In this document: piece by piece, positions 40,350-53,419 of the stretch
Position numbering within the stretch: position 1 is the stretch's first letter
Layout: each line of letters begins with the position of its first letter
Assembly (NCBI GenBank): GCA_964016885.1
Contig: OZ024746.1
Location: 16,182,001 to 16,246,000, forward strand
Source of the DNA: Eledone cirrhosa
Taxonomy: Eukaryota
Reading direction: 5' to 3'
DNA length: 64,000 nt
Notes under the pieces: generated by a model
What the model was told of the DNA's origin: nothing
The model's input: the letters and a program-made list of their open reading frames with translations, nothing else
Database searches by the model: none
Program-made: the position numbers and the translations under genes

Positions 40350-40925
40350 ATGAAACGAAATTTCATTTCTCACTGTTAGTACGGCAGTTACTTAAATGTA
40401 AGTATGTATGTATATATACGTACATACATATACGTACATACATATATGTATACAGACGTACAGTAGTATGTATATATATATACATACATGCACACATATA
40501 TATAGGCACGTATCGGTTTACTGACCATTTATTATAATGCTTGGTTTGTTTGTAAACAAACAAACAGCCCGAATTACGCCGTACAGTGTTTAGGCAACCA
40601 CGTCACCTTTTTGTTCAACACTGACACAGGAACGATGTACTAGTTTCAAGCTTATTAGCTATCATCAGCATCGTATACCTTCCTGCCAGATTGTTGAATG
40701 TCTGAAAGTATATACTTTCCTTATGCATATTAACGGCTGAGCAGCCTAATTTGCATATCTAAACACTGTACGGCGTAATTCGGGCTGTTTGTTTGTTTAC
40801 AAACAAACCGAGCATTATGATAAATGTTCGGTAAACCGATACATGCATATATATATGTGTGCATGTATGTATGTATATACATACTACTGTACGTCTGTAT
40901 ACATATATGTATGTATGTATACATA
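40350..40925 (-). mobile_element. Second copy of the family A repeat, with an inverted terminal segment
   Basis: 40350-40760 is reverse-complementary to the 33402-33997 unit; 40760-40925 is an inverted copy of ~40430-40592. Confidence 0.78.
40621..40689 (-). ncRNA. Type I hammerhead ribozyme (family A), best-preserved copy
   Basis: Reverse complement: CAGGA-AGGTAT-ACGATG-CTGATGA-T-AGCT-AATA-AGCT-T-GAAA-CTAG-TA^CATCGT-TCCTG. Confidence 0.9.
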
Positions 40926-40954
40926 CATATATAAAAAATATATATATATATGAT

Positions 40955-41420
40955 AAAACCTACTACAGCCAGTAGGCATCTCTAACAAAATACCCCCCAC
41001 CCCCCACCCCATCCACACCGCCCCTTCAATGTAAAGTTATGTTGGTGCCACAACATCCAGGCCAAAACAAATGAGATCGTGTAGACACAGTCCACACTGT
41101 AATGTGGTCGTGTAGGCAACACGGTAAAAACCTCCCAGCCCCACACTGTAAATGTGGTTGGTGTTAGGAAGGGCATCCAGCTGTAGAAAACCTGCCAGAC
41201 AGTCGACGCTGTAATGTGGCCGTGTAGGCAACACAGTAAAAACTTGCCAGCCCCACACTGTAAATGTGGTTGGTGTTAGGAAGGGCATCCAGCTGTAGAA
41301 AACCCGCCAGATAGTCCTATGCGAGCAAGACAAACACTCTTGCCTCAAGTGGGAAAACCCCCATCCAAACCCATATAAGCGTGGAACACGGACGTTAAAT
41401 GTTGATGATGATGATGATGA
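40955..41420 (+). mobile_element. RTE 3'-UTR/SINE tail with an internal duplication
   Basis: Close match to 8404-8765. Confidence 0.8.
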
Positions 41421-41714
41421 TAGTAATAAATGAAAGATATATACTTTATATCATCTCTATTTATTTTATTTTATATATATATATATATATACATATATGC
41501 TGAGAGAGAGAAGAAAGAGAGAGAGAGAAAGTGTGTATGTGTGTGACAAAGATAGAGGAAGCATCAACTCCAATAGTGGACTGGTTCTTTATTTATCAAC
41601 CTCAATATGATGAAAGGCAAATTTGACCTCATCAGGATTTGAACTGAGAGTGTAGTGAACTGGAACTAATACTTAGGCATTTAATCTGACACTCTAATCA
41701 CCTTTCTTCTCTAT

Positions 41715-42178
41715 TTTGTGACTAATACTGGAATGTGTGAGGACCTAGTGGCCAATAGTGGATTGTGTGAGGCCCTGGTGGTCAATAGGGGATTGTATGA
41801 AGACCTGGTGACCAATAGGGGACTGTGTGAGGACCTGGTGACCAATACTGGAATGCGTGAGGACCTGGTGACCAATACTGGGATGTGTGAAGACCTGGTG
41901 GCCAATAGTGGATTGTGTGAGGCCCTGGTGGTCAATAGGGGATTGTATGAAGACCTGGTGACCAATAGGGAATTGTGTGAGGACCTGGTCACCAATACTG
42001 GAATGTGTGAGGCCCTGGTGGCCAATAGGGGATTGTGTGAGGCCCTGGTGGTCAATAGGGGATTGTGTGAAGACCTGGTGACCAATAGAGGATTGTGTGA
42101 GGACCTGGTGACCAATACTGGAATGTGTGAGGCTCTTGTGACCAGTAGAGAAATGTGTAATTCCCTGGTGGCCAATAG
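41715..42178. repeat. Minisatellite, 30 bp unit, ~15 copies
   Basis: gattgtgtgaggacctggtgaccaataggg variants. Confidence 0.93.
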
Positions 42179-42314
42179 TATTATTACTAAACTATTATTA
42201 GTATCATCATCATCAACAACTGTAAAATGTACATCAATGTCTATTTACTGTATCACTGTTACAAATATCAAGAGACTTAGTTTTATTTTCACTCTATTTT
42301 GTTTAACAAATGGT

Positions 42315-42326
42315 TTCTGTTGTTGC

Positions 42327-42357
<31 letters not shown>

Positions 42358-42887
42358 GCTGGTAGTATTGGTGATGATGGTGGTGGTTGTGCTGGTGTTG
42401 CTGTCGGTGTTGTTGTTGTTGTTGTTGGTGGTGGTGGTGCTGGTAGTATTGGTGATGATGGTGGTGGTTGTGCTGGTGTTGCTGTCGGTGTTGTTGCTGT
42501 CGGTGTTGTTGTTGTTGTTGTTGTTGTCAGTGGTGGTGGTGGTGGTGGTGCTGGTGGTATTGGTGATGATGGTGGTGGTTGTGCTGGTGTTGCTGTCGGT
42601 GTTGTTGTTGTTGTTGTTGGTGGTGGTGGGGGTTGCTGTCGGTGTTGTTGGGGTGATGGTGGTGGTATGTAGTGGTGATGGTGGTATAAATTCTATGAAA
42701 CAATCTATTTTCCCTTCACCACCACCTCCTCCTCATCCACATCCACCTTCTCATCTACTCCCACTTTCACCTCATCACCCCCACCCGTCTCCACCCCCCA
42801 TCTCACCACTTATCCTTCTCTTAACTTTATTGATTATCATACAGACAATGAGAAGCTTTTAAAAAAGTACAACACACTATAGGTAAC

Positions 42888-42926
<39 letters not shown>

Positions 42927-43206
42927 GAATAATAATGGTGTTAATAAGAAATTATTATTAGTATTACTATAGATAATAACATATATAATAACAATAATAA
43001 TTATAATTATTATTTTTATTATTGTTACTATAATTATTATTACAATTATTTTCATTATTATAATTATTATTGTTTTTATTATTGTTGTTGTTATTGTTGT
43101 AGTTGTTGTTGTTGTTGTTGTTGTGGCTGTCATCTTTATTAATGTTTATTGGTATTATTTTGGCTATTATTCCAGTTAATGATGCAATTTTTGTTGTGGT
43201 TTTTAG

Positions 43207-43250
<44 letters not shown>

Positions 43251-43251
43251 T

Positions 43252-43283
<32 letters not shown>

Positions 43284-43462
43284 TCATTACTACTACTATT
43301 ACCACCACCACCACCACCATTACTACTACCGCTACCGCCACCATTACTACCACCACCACCACCACCATTACTACTACCACTACCGCCACCACCACCACTA
43401 CTACTAACACTACCACCACGACTACTACAACTAACATTACCACCACCACTACTACTACTACT
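42315..43462. repeat. Trinucleotide microsatellite cluster (GTT/GGT/ATT/ACT/ACC)
   Basis: Direct inspection. Confidence 0.93.
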
Positions 43463-46449
43463 TTATTGTCTATTTTTTCTGGTAAGTTCTATATAACTGC
43501 TTTTTTAGCTAATATTGCAAAATTCTTTTGTTTCTATTTTATTACCGTCGTTCGCCCCACCCTCACCCAACATCTCCCAACCCCCACCCACCCATACACC
43601 TCACCCATCCATACCCCCACCCTCTACCCATCCATCCAACGAAAGTTTTTTTTTTTTGTGTGTGTGTGTGTTTTTTGTTTTTATTTTTGTAGTTTCCAAC
43701 TTTATATTCCTTTATTTAAAAAGATAAAACAGAAACATGTAAGAGACTGAATCAATATATTTACAGTTTCACACCCTTTGCTAACACTACAACACATTAT
43801 TACTGTTAACAATACTATCATACTATCATACTATCATTGTTACCGATTGTTACCCATTCTAACAATGCTATTATTAATACAACTTTCTCTGGGGTTTTTT
43901 GTTGTTTTTTACTGACAATTCTATCATTGTTAACCAGTTCTAAACTATTATATATGTTACACATCCGTCACTTCCAGCGATGAGCGAGTATTCCGGTTGT
44001 TACTTTAACATTATTCGTATCCTTAAGAAGCAGAGTGTTAATAATAATTGTTTCTACTTTTGGCACAAGGCCAGCAATTAACCCAATATATTACTGGTAC
44101 TATATTTTATCGACCCTATAAGGATGAAAGGCAAAGGTAATCTCAGTGGGATTTGAACTCAGAATAAATCTATGCCACAAAGCATGCTGTCCAAGGCTCC
44201 ACCACCCTCTAAACTATTGTATATGTATATGATAATAATGGGTAGGAACAAAGTATATGATAAGTTATATCTGATATCTGTGATATAATAAGGAGCAGGA
44301 ACAAAGTATCAATGTAACAAAGTATCAATATAACATCAATATATTTATTTACATATGACATGTGTTTCACAATCAATCAGCTCAAGGTAGGATCAGTAGT
44401 GATCGAACCCAACTCTGGAATTGATAGCTCATCAGATTTGTGGATTCTTGAATCCACAAGTCCGATGAGTCATTGAAGAGTGAGTGTTCCAGTTGTACAA
44501 ACAACAGAACAGCATGCCTGTTAAATTAATGTAGTTCTCAGGGAGATTCAGCATGACAGAGTATGTGACAAGCATAACCCTATAAATTACAACAACACTA
44601 TCACAAATTAATCCAATCCAATCCAGGACTTTCTCACTCCTGGTGGTGGTACTCCTCCCTGGTTGACCTCCACTGTTTTCTGTTTGGTTTTGGTCATGTC
44701 TTCAAGGGGTGGAGCTGTATTCCCCATGTTTGGGCCAGTTGTGGTTTTGTGAGGTTATTTAACCCATAGTTGGGATGGATGGCCGTTGATTCAGAGGAGT
44801 TCATCTACCCTTTTAACAGCTCTTGTTTTTTGTGGTGCTGGGTTCCACTTATCCTTCTCACCAGACTAGTATTTGGTGAGGGAGCCAGTTTAGTTGCCAG
44901 CAGGTTGTACTGGGTACTAGCATGACCTGATCACCTATTAATATGATACCATAATATCAACATATCTCTTAGACTGAAGATGTTTTTCTCCTAAATCTGA
45001 TGTAGTTTTATACATTTTGATATTTCTGAGGATCCAAATGTATCAAACAATATATGTAGCAATATTTTCAGTTCTTTTATTTCATTGCTATTTATCTTTT
45101 CATTTATTAACATGGTTACTAATATATAGATTTAGTTCCATATATTAATATTTTACTAAAATGATAATTTTTTTTTAATCATCTCTATCTATAAATGTTT
45201 TCTGTGTTTAGTGAAACTTATATAAAACTATGAAATATTATAAATTCTTCCTAAACCAGTGCTTGAATTATAATATATTTATGATGTGTGTGTATATAAA
45301 TAAACCTATCTATATCTATCTATGTATCTATCTATGAAACATATCTACCTATCTATCTATCTCTATATGTATATCAGAGTTGTGGATTCTCGAATCCACA
45401 ACTCTGATGATCTATCAATTTCAGAGTTGGGCTTGATCACTGCTGATTGTACCTTGAGCTGATCAATCACAAAACACATGTCATGTGTGAATACATATAT
45501 TGTTGTTATATTGATACATCGTTCCAGCTCATCATTATTATCATTATCATCATTGAGGGTGATGGATTAGCAGTACTGGTAGAGCATCGAACAACATGCT
45601 TCATGGCATTCTCAGTTCAAATCCCTCTGAGGTTAGCTTTGCCTTTCCCCCTTACGGAGTCAATAAATAAAGTACCAGTAATGCACTGAGATCGATTTAA
45701 TCGACTTTCCCCTCCCATTCAAATTGCTGGCCTTGTGCCTAAAGTAGAAATAATTATCATCATTATTAGTATAATTAACGGTGGATTTGCCTTTCATCTT
45801 TAACTTTGCCTTTCATCCGTAAGGATGAAAGGCAAAGTTAACCTCGGCGGGATTTGAACTCAGACCACAAAGGGACGTAACTATGCTGGAAAGCATGGCG
45901 TCTGACCCTCTACCGATACTGCCAATCTACCGAGGTTAACTTTGCCTTTCATCCTTACGGGGTCGATAAAATAAAGTACCAGTAATTCACTGGGGTAATT
46001 GCTGTCCTTGTGCCAAAAGTAGAAACAATTATTATTATAATTAACACTCTGCTTCTAAAGGATACCAATAATGGTGAAGTACCAAACGTAGAATCCCACA
46101 TTGGTTGCCAGACTCACATATTAGTATTGAGTGTTGAAACTGGTGAACAATCAGTAACTAAACATTACACACCAATACACTATATATATACACACATATA
46201 TTTACACACACACACACACACATATATATATACATATCTATATACACACATATATTTACACACACACACACATATATATACATATCTATATACACACATA
46301 TATTTACACACACACACACATATATATACATATCTATATACACGCATATATTTACACACACACACACACACATATATATATACATATCTATACACACACA
46401 TATATTTACACACACACACATATATATACATATCTATATACACACATAT

Positions 46450-46488
<39 letters not shown>

Positions 46489-46579
46489 CATATCTATATA
46501 CACATACATTCACATGTATATACATATATAAATTTATATATATATATATATATACATATATACATATATAAATATATAA

Positions 46580-46616
<37 letters not shown>

Positions 46617-46681
46617 CATATATACATATATAAATTTATATATATATATATATATACATATATACATATATAAATATATAA

Positions 46682-46718
<37 letters not shown>

Positions 46719-46727
46719 CATATATAC

Positions 46728-46778
<51 letters not shown>

Positions 46779-48035
46779 TAAACATATATATAAATATATA
46801 TATATATACATATATAAATATATAAATATATATATACATATATACATATATACATATATAAATGTGTGTGTGTGAACAGCCATAGACATAGCTTTATTAC
46901 AAACACACAGACTATAGTTTCAAGCAACACTGAACGCTAAACACAACACTTTTGGTTTGGCTGTAATTGGCAAAATTGCTGTATTGATTCCAGCATTACT
47001 TTCTGCCTGTAACCATAGCCAATTCCTGCACTTGCATATCTGATGGTGGTGGTGGTGGTGGTGGTGTTGGTGGCGGTACTGAGACAACAACAACTACAAC
47101 AACAATGACTACAACTATAATACTAGTGATGGATGAGCAAACCTCCATTGATTTTGGTAATGAGCATTCCATTTGTTCAATCAATGAAACAGCCTGCTCA
47201 TGAAATTAATGTGTAAGTGGCTGAGTATTCCTAACTGCATGTGTACCCATAGTATAATTTTCAGGGAGATTCAGTGCAATGCAATGTGTGGTTATTTGAA
47301 TTACAGGTACAATCCATCCAATGGTTCTCCAAACAGTTCCTGCCTGTCTAGTTTCCCTCACAAGATACACCCAGTACACACCATAAAATGGTTGGCATTA
47401 GGAAGAGAATCCAGCCATAGAAACCATGCTTGTGAATGAAATGCAGTCATCTGAAATGTCTAGTCAGTATATGTGACAACCTGTCCAACTCTTGCTAGTA
47501 TGGAAAATAGACATAAAACAGTTATGATGATGTTGAGATATTTTAAAGCAAAGTTATTTCCTAAAAGTCTAGTACTGGGCGTGATTCTTCCTCTGTATCT
47601 TTGTCTCACTTCCTTTCTCTCCCTCTCTATCCTTTACTGGAAGAAATCTGCTGTATTCAGGAGATGGGCTCCACCAGGTTTTAAAAATGCTCAAGAAATG
47701 TTGTATGACACTATGGCACCCATACAGCTCCATCAAGAGTTACAGGTCCACATCATGAAAGATAACCCATAAACCCATCACTAAATATTCAGGAAAGATA
47801 CACTACTTCAACTAATCCTCTATAAAGCTCCTAAGGTTACATACACTTCTACTCTCCCTACACCCACACCTGACTTTAACTTGAGATTATACAAACATCA
47901 CTTCATAACAACTTAGCAAAATAAACTATATCAGTAGAACAACATAGAAGACTTATACTTTTGTCTTGGTTCCAAAACAATCTTTTAAACCTATAAAACA
48001 TCATTTCACCATCCCAGAGTTAATTTACTCCTTAA

Positions 48036-48253
48036 CCCTTTCATTTCCAGGTTTCTGATAAACTACAGTATTTGAGTAAATCAATGAAGTAATTGGAGGG
48101 ATTTACTAAAATTATTTCAATTATTTCGATTATTAAGATGGTATTTGTAACATATAAACAAGATTTTTATATAAAATTAAAAACCTACTAAATGGTTGTT
48201 GTTTTTTTTTCATAGAACAAGCAGCAGTTTTGGGTGGTTTAGTATCAAAAGGA
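48036..48253. mobile_element. piggyBac-like MITE
   Basis: TTAA|cccttt … aaagga|TTAA. Confidence 0.55.
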
Positions 48254-48447
48254 TTAATTTGAACCTATTTAACTATTCCACACCATACTATACTATACTA
48301 CACTACACTATAGCACACTTCACCACACTACACTACAGCTAACTACAGTACACCACACTATACTATACTACACTATACCACACTATACTACACTACTTCT
48401 CACTATTTCTACCTCTTGCCTCGTCTTCCTATCTTATAACATTATAC

Positions 48448-48481
<34 letters not shown>

Positions 48482-48599
48482 ATCCATGTAGTTAGCAAGC
48501 CAAAAGTATGAAACCCTTTTTGAGCTCACTGTGGTAAGGAACTCTCAGGAAAGCTGAACGGCAGAAGGTCTTCAGAAAAGAATTTCACCTTAAGCGAGT

Positions 48600-48648
<49 letters not shown>

Positions 48649-48787
48649 AAGGTAGATAAGCTTTTGTTTATGTATATCAGGAATGAATGCTTAAACAAGA
48701 ACACTGCTTACCTGAGCATTTGACTCAACACTATCCTTTGAATTCTACCGTGTAGTCATTTCCTGGATAGTCACTTCCACAATTATA

Positions 48788-48899
48788 AGCTTTCTGAAGA
48801 AGTGTGATAATTAATTAAGTATTGCATATGATTGAACAATATATATTGTAGTCAACATATGTAGGCAATTATAATAGACACAGAAACATATGTTAAAAG
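48788..48899 (+). ncRNA. Hammerhead-like motif with ~80-nt helix II hairpin (family D)
   Basis: CTTT-CTGAAGA-A-GTGT…ACAC-A-GAAA-CATATG-TT-AAAAG; inner hairpin tgcatatg.ttga.acaat/attgt..tcaacatatgta. Confidence 0.6.
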
Positions 48900-48959
48900 G
48901 GCGGTGCCCCAGCATGGCCTCAGCCGGATGGCTGAAACAGGTAAAAGGGTAAAAGAGTA

Positions 48960-49340
48960 AAGCAAATAAATTCCTAATCTCCTTTCTCACAGATGTTTAT
49001 ATTTTTCTTGCTGCAATAATACTTGTTTATATATATATATTTAAAAGAATAGAGGTGTAACTTGATGTCTATAGATATAAACGTGCCGACACATACATAT
49101 ACGCACACATGCATTGCACACTGATGGGCACATACATATTTGTGCACAAGTATTCCAATACGGCAGGGCCTAATGGATTCCCCTTGCAGTACGTACAATC
49201 TGGACACTCACACACACCTTGGTGTTATGACAATACTATATATCATTTCACACCTTTTATTATTAATGTTTTTGATGTTCTCTTGAGAGAATCGTTTTTG
49301 CTGAAAATATCGAATAATGTACACCATTTTTACCAGTATC
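48960..49340 (-). mobile_element. Possible Penelope GIY-YIG relic
   Basis: Broken frames give MIYSIVIT…CPDCTYCxGESIRPCRIGILVHK, similar to IYxIxCxxC…YIGET…R…H. Confidence 0.4.
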
Positions 49341-51101
49341 ACAAAAATACTGGTCCACCCACACACACACTCATATACACACACACACATATTTACACAC
49401 ACATACACACGCGTACACTAACATACAAAGAGACATATACACACACACACACACTTCTCCGTATAAGACAAGAGCTGAAAAATATCTTTTAACATGTTAA
49501 AATATCCCCCACACATGTACAGACACATTCCTACTGACCAATCCCTCTACCACGAATTACTCTGCTACACACACACACACATATTTGTCTTAATAGGCAC
49601 CTGAACTGTTGACCTGTCAACATGACTGCAATTCACACACACATCCCTACTGACCATTATCACAACAATGAACCTCTTTACTACACACACACATATTTGT
49701 CTTGAAAGACTTATTTTTCAGTGACTTCTCAATCAGGCGAAAAAAGACACTCTTCAGCAAACCTACATTTGGCGCAAAATCAATTTTTAACATTCACGTG
49801 ACCTCTACCGACCAATCAAAATTGTTTTGACCACAAGAATTTTTGCAACTTGAATTGGCGCGAAACTTATTTTAATACCTCTGGAGCCACTTTTTTCACA
49901 TAAAACAGGTAGAATTCCCGAAACTGATCAGATTAGAGCAAACATCACGGGCGCTCTATCTCAAAATTATTTTTGAAAAGCATTAGAAATGCGCAACTGG
50001 TAAAAACTTAAAACTAACCAATACTTATTACTAATTTTTACTTATTCCTAATTAAACTATTTTTCACTGGGAACAATTTGTCAGCATTTTCTTTTCCTTT
50101 TACCAATATATATATATAATAAATGTGAAGACTCAAATCTGAAGAGGGCTCGATAAGGATTATATATATTATTTATATATAAATATATATTATATATATA
50201 TAAAACATGTATTTATATAAAAACCCGTAGGGTAATTATTTATATAAGATCAGATTAAAGTTTAAGCCAAGAATCACTGCTTTCACCCATAATGGGATCT
50301 TCTGAAACTCCAGAAGATCCCGTCAAAGGTGAAAGCAGCAATTCTTTGCTTAAACTTTAATCTGTTCTTATAATAAATATATATGTATATATAGTGGTAA
50401 ATAACTTTCAGTAGAGCTGGACAGCAGAAGGTCTTCAAAGGACCCCCCTTCCTCTCAAGCAAGTGTTTTAGTCCTTAACATCTGTATATTTATTAATCCA
50501 ACATAAGTTTCTTAGAATCAATAAACCTAGCCATTTTAATATACTAGTCGGTAATCTTAGAAAACAGTAATAAAGAAAACCACTTACATTAATAATTTAT
50601 AACCAATATCTTATAACAACTTAATTATTTCATGAGTTGTAACTTACCACACTCCTCTAATCCTGTCATTCTATTATATATTATAAAACACACATACATA
50701 CAAAAAGAACAAAACCGCACACACACACGCATTCAAAAACAAAAAAATACATGCATACACACAAAATACAAAAAAAGCACACACACACAAAAACATGAAC
50801 ACACACACATACAAACATTTTAGTTTGGACAGTGTGCTATAGTTGTTTAACTCAACCATTCCCATCATAACTATGTAGATGCTGTATATATACATGTGTA
50901 TATATACATTTACTTGTATAAATACACATCTATATGTTGCATCTTTTCCTACAAAAGTACAATGGAAAAAAAAACCATTCAACTTTTCTACTAGACCTAT
51001 AAAACCTTAAATCAAAATATATATTGTGCATTGTAAATGTTGTATGTAAAGTGTAGGTGTGACTTATACACAAATATGTGATGATGATGATGATGATCAT
51101 C

Positions 51102-51133
<32 letters not shown>

Positions 51134-51259
51134 CATCATCATCTAACTCTTTGTATATTTATGTATTGTGTTGTTTTGTATTATTTATTTCTAATCTATG
51201 TTGTATATTTATATTTTTACTTCTGATATTTCATGCATAAGTTTATATATTTATATGTA

Positions 51260-51335
<76 letters not shown>

Positions 51336-51546
51336 ATGTGTGTGTGTGTGTAAAAGTAATAATAAAACTAACAAAACAAATGGCACAGCACATGGAAGAA
51401 ATATATTAGTTTAACGCTTGAAATAGCAGGATGTATATTTGTATATCAAGTTTTCCAAGAGATGGTGGGATGAACAGATCTACTATTTCTCAAAGAAATT
51501 TCTTTTTCTTTTCTACTCTTGTCTTTACCTTTCCTTTTCTTCTTTA

Positions 51547-51583
51547 TTTACTGATGAAAGACTATTGTCAGAAACGTTAAAAA
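51547..51583 (+). ncRNA. Degenerate minimal hammerhead motif
   Basis: CTGATGA-AA-GAC-TATT-GTC-A-GAAACGTTA; helix I weak. Confidence 0.45.
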
Positions 51584-52986
51584 CTTTATTACTATATTAA
51601 GCATGAAACTGATATATATCTTCATTGTATTTCATCATCTGCTGTTTTTCTGCTTACTTTTTGCACACATACACACATATACATATATACACACACAAAT
51701 ATATACACACACATTCACACATATACACACACATGTACAAATGTACATTCACATATATATATATACACACACATATACACACACATATGTGTATGCATGC
51801 ATACACACACACACACACATATATGTACACACACATATATACACACATGCATATATACACACATATATACACACACTCAATTCAGAGTCTTAACTCAACA
51901 ATATATCCATCCCTACACATGTTTATTTTGAGTCCAATTAAATGTTGAGAGACATCAAAAGGGCCAAACTCTGTCTCAAGCCCAGAGGCTCATCAGGCTG
52001 GTACTTCTCCTAGTTTCCATGGTGTGAAGTGATTGAGAGTACAAGATTCCCTCTAGGATAGGATGCTAGTCCATCACAGAGTTAAAGGTGCAGTGATTAA
52101 GTGTACCAGATTCTCTCTGGGATAGGATGCTAGTCCATCACAGAGTTAAAGGGGAAGTGATTGAGAGTACAAGACTCCCTCTGGGACAGGATGCTAGTCC
52201 ATTACAGGGTTAAAGTCTGTCTCAATCCCAGAGGCTCATCCAACCAGTAATTAACCCAGTTCCCATGGCATGAAGTGACTGTGATTACAAGACATCCCCC
52301 TGTACAGGATGACAGTACATTGCAGAGTTAAACCACCAGCTATTGCTAGTACTCATTTTCAGTTGAGTATACAATGTGAAATGAAGAGTTTTGCTCAAGA
52401 ACACAACACATAACCTAGCCCATGAATCAAACCGACAACATTATAAGTCCAACACCCATACCACTAGGCCACATGTAGGAGTGTAGTAATTTTGGTGTTG
52501 TATCTCCTACACAGGATATTTCCTCTCCTCAATTTTATATAGATTTATTGTTTTATTCCTTTTGTTGTTTATAAAAATTCAATCAGATCAAAAATTAATA
52601 GATGCAGGAATAATGTTCTTTCTTTTATTGTATTATTTTTATTTTTTTTATTTTTCCTTTTGTTTTGTTTTTAACATGGTTATTTGTGTATGGATTTATT
52701 GGTATCTTACTAAACAATAAACATTTTTTTAATCATCCATATCTATATTTTCCTTCATTTTTGAAGCACATATAACTAATAAAATGTTATAAATTTCCTT
52801 TGGTAAATTATAATATACACTCAAAATATACAAGGACCTCCCAAAACCTCTCTTATATCTAAGATATCGTCTGACCAGCATTTCCCCAAAATGGCTGACT
52901 GAACACACACATGCTTTTTTTCACCCCATTTTTTTTTTTGTTCTGAGTTTTTTCCTCTTCCCATTTCTTCTTTTATACCTCATTCT

Positions 52987-53024
52987 ATCTTCTGATGAAG
53001 GACCTACATCAGAAACAATAAGAC
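52987..53024 (+). ncRNA. Degenerate minimal hammerhead motif
   Basis: TCTT-CTGATGA-AGGACCTACATCA-GAAACAATAAGA; helices II and III mutated. Confidence 0.4.
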
Positions 53025-53040
53025 TCTTTTTCTATTTTAT

Positions 53041-53093
<53 letters not shown>

Positions 53094-53247
53094 ATATATG
53101 TATATACATATATATATATGTGTGTGTATATATATATATAAATGTATTCATTGTACTGTATTGCTTACTTTGTTGATTTCTATTTACTTTTTTACACACC
53201 CTTTTTATGTCCAATGTCAGGTTTTTACATGCATGGGTTGGACTTAA

Positions 53248-53419
53248 CCCTTTAGCATTTATATTACTCTATATATACTATTTTCACTGTAAGGACTTTA
53301 TGTTACATAAATATCTCACATAACATCGATTCTACAAGATTTTGATGTTATTTATTTTGAGAATAATACCTTAACATCAGTATGAGCGACCAGTTAAGGC
53401 CAGTTTGAATGTTAAAGGG
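53248..53419. mobile_element. piggyBac-like MITE
   Basis: TTAA|ccctttagcatt … aatgttaaaggg|ATAA. Confidence 0.6.

Noticed and set aside
41718-42365. Cys-periodic 10-aa repeat ORF (GLCEDLVTNR)
   Set aside because: 30-bp minisatellite running into microsatellites; not a recognisable domain and no convincing splice sites.
45395-45430. CTGATGA at the end of the palindrome
   Set aside because: No GAAA and no closing helices.
48560-48590. CTGAAGA on the minus strand (related sequence near 50425)
   Set aside because: No downstream GAAA or helix I partner, so not a hammerhead.
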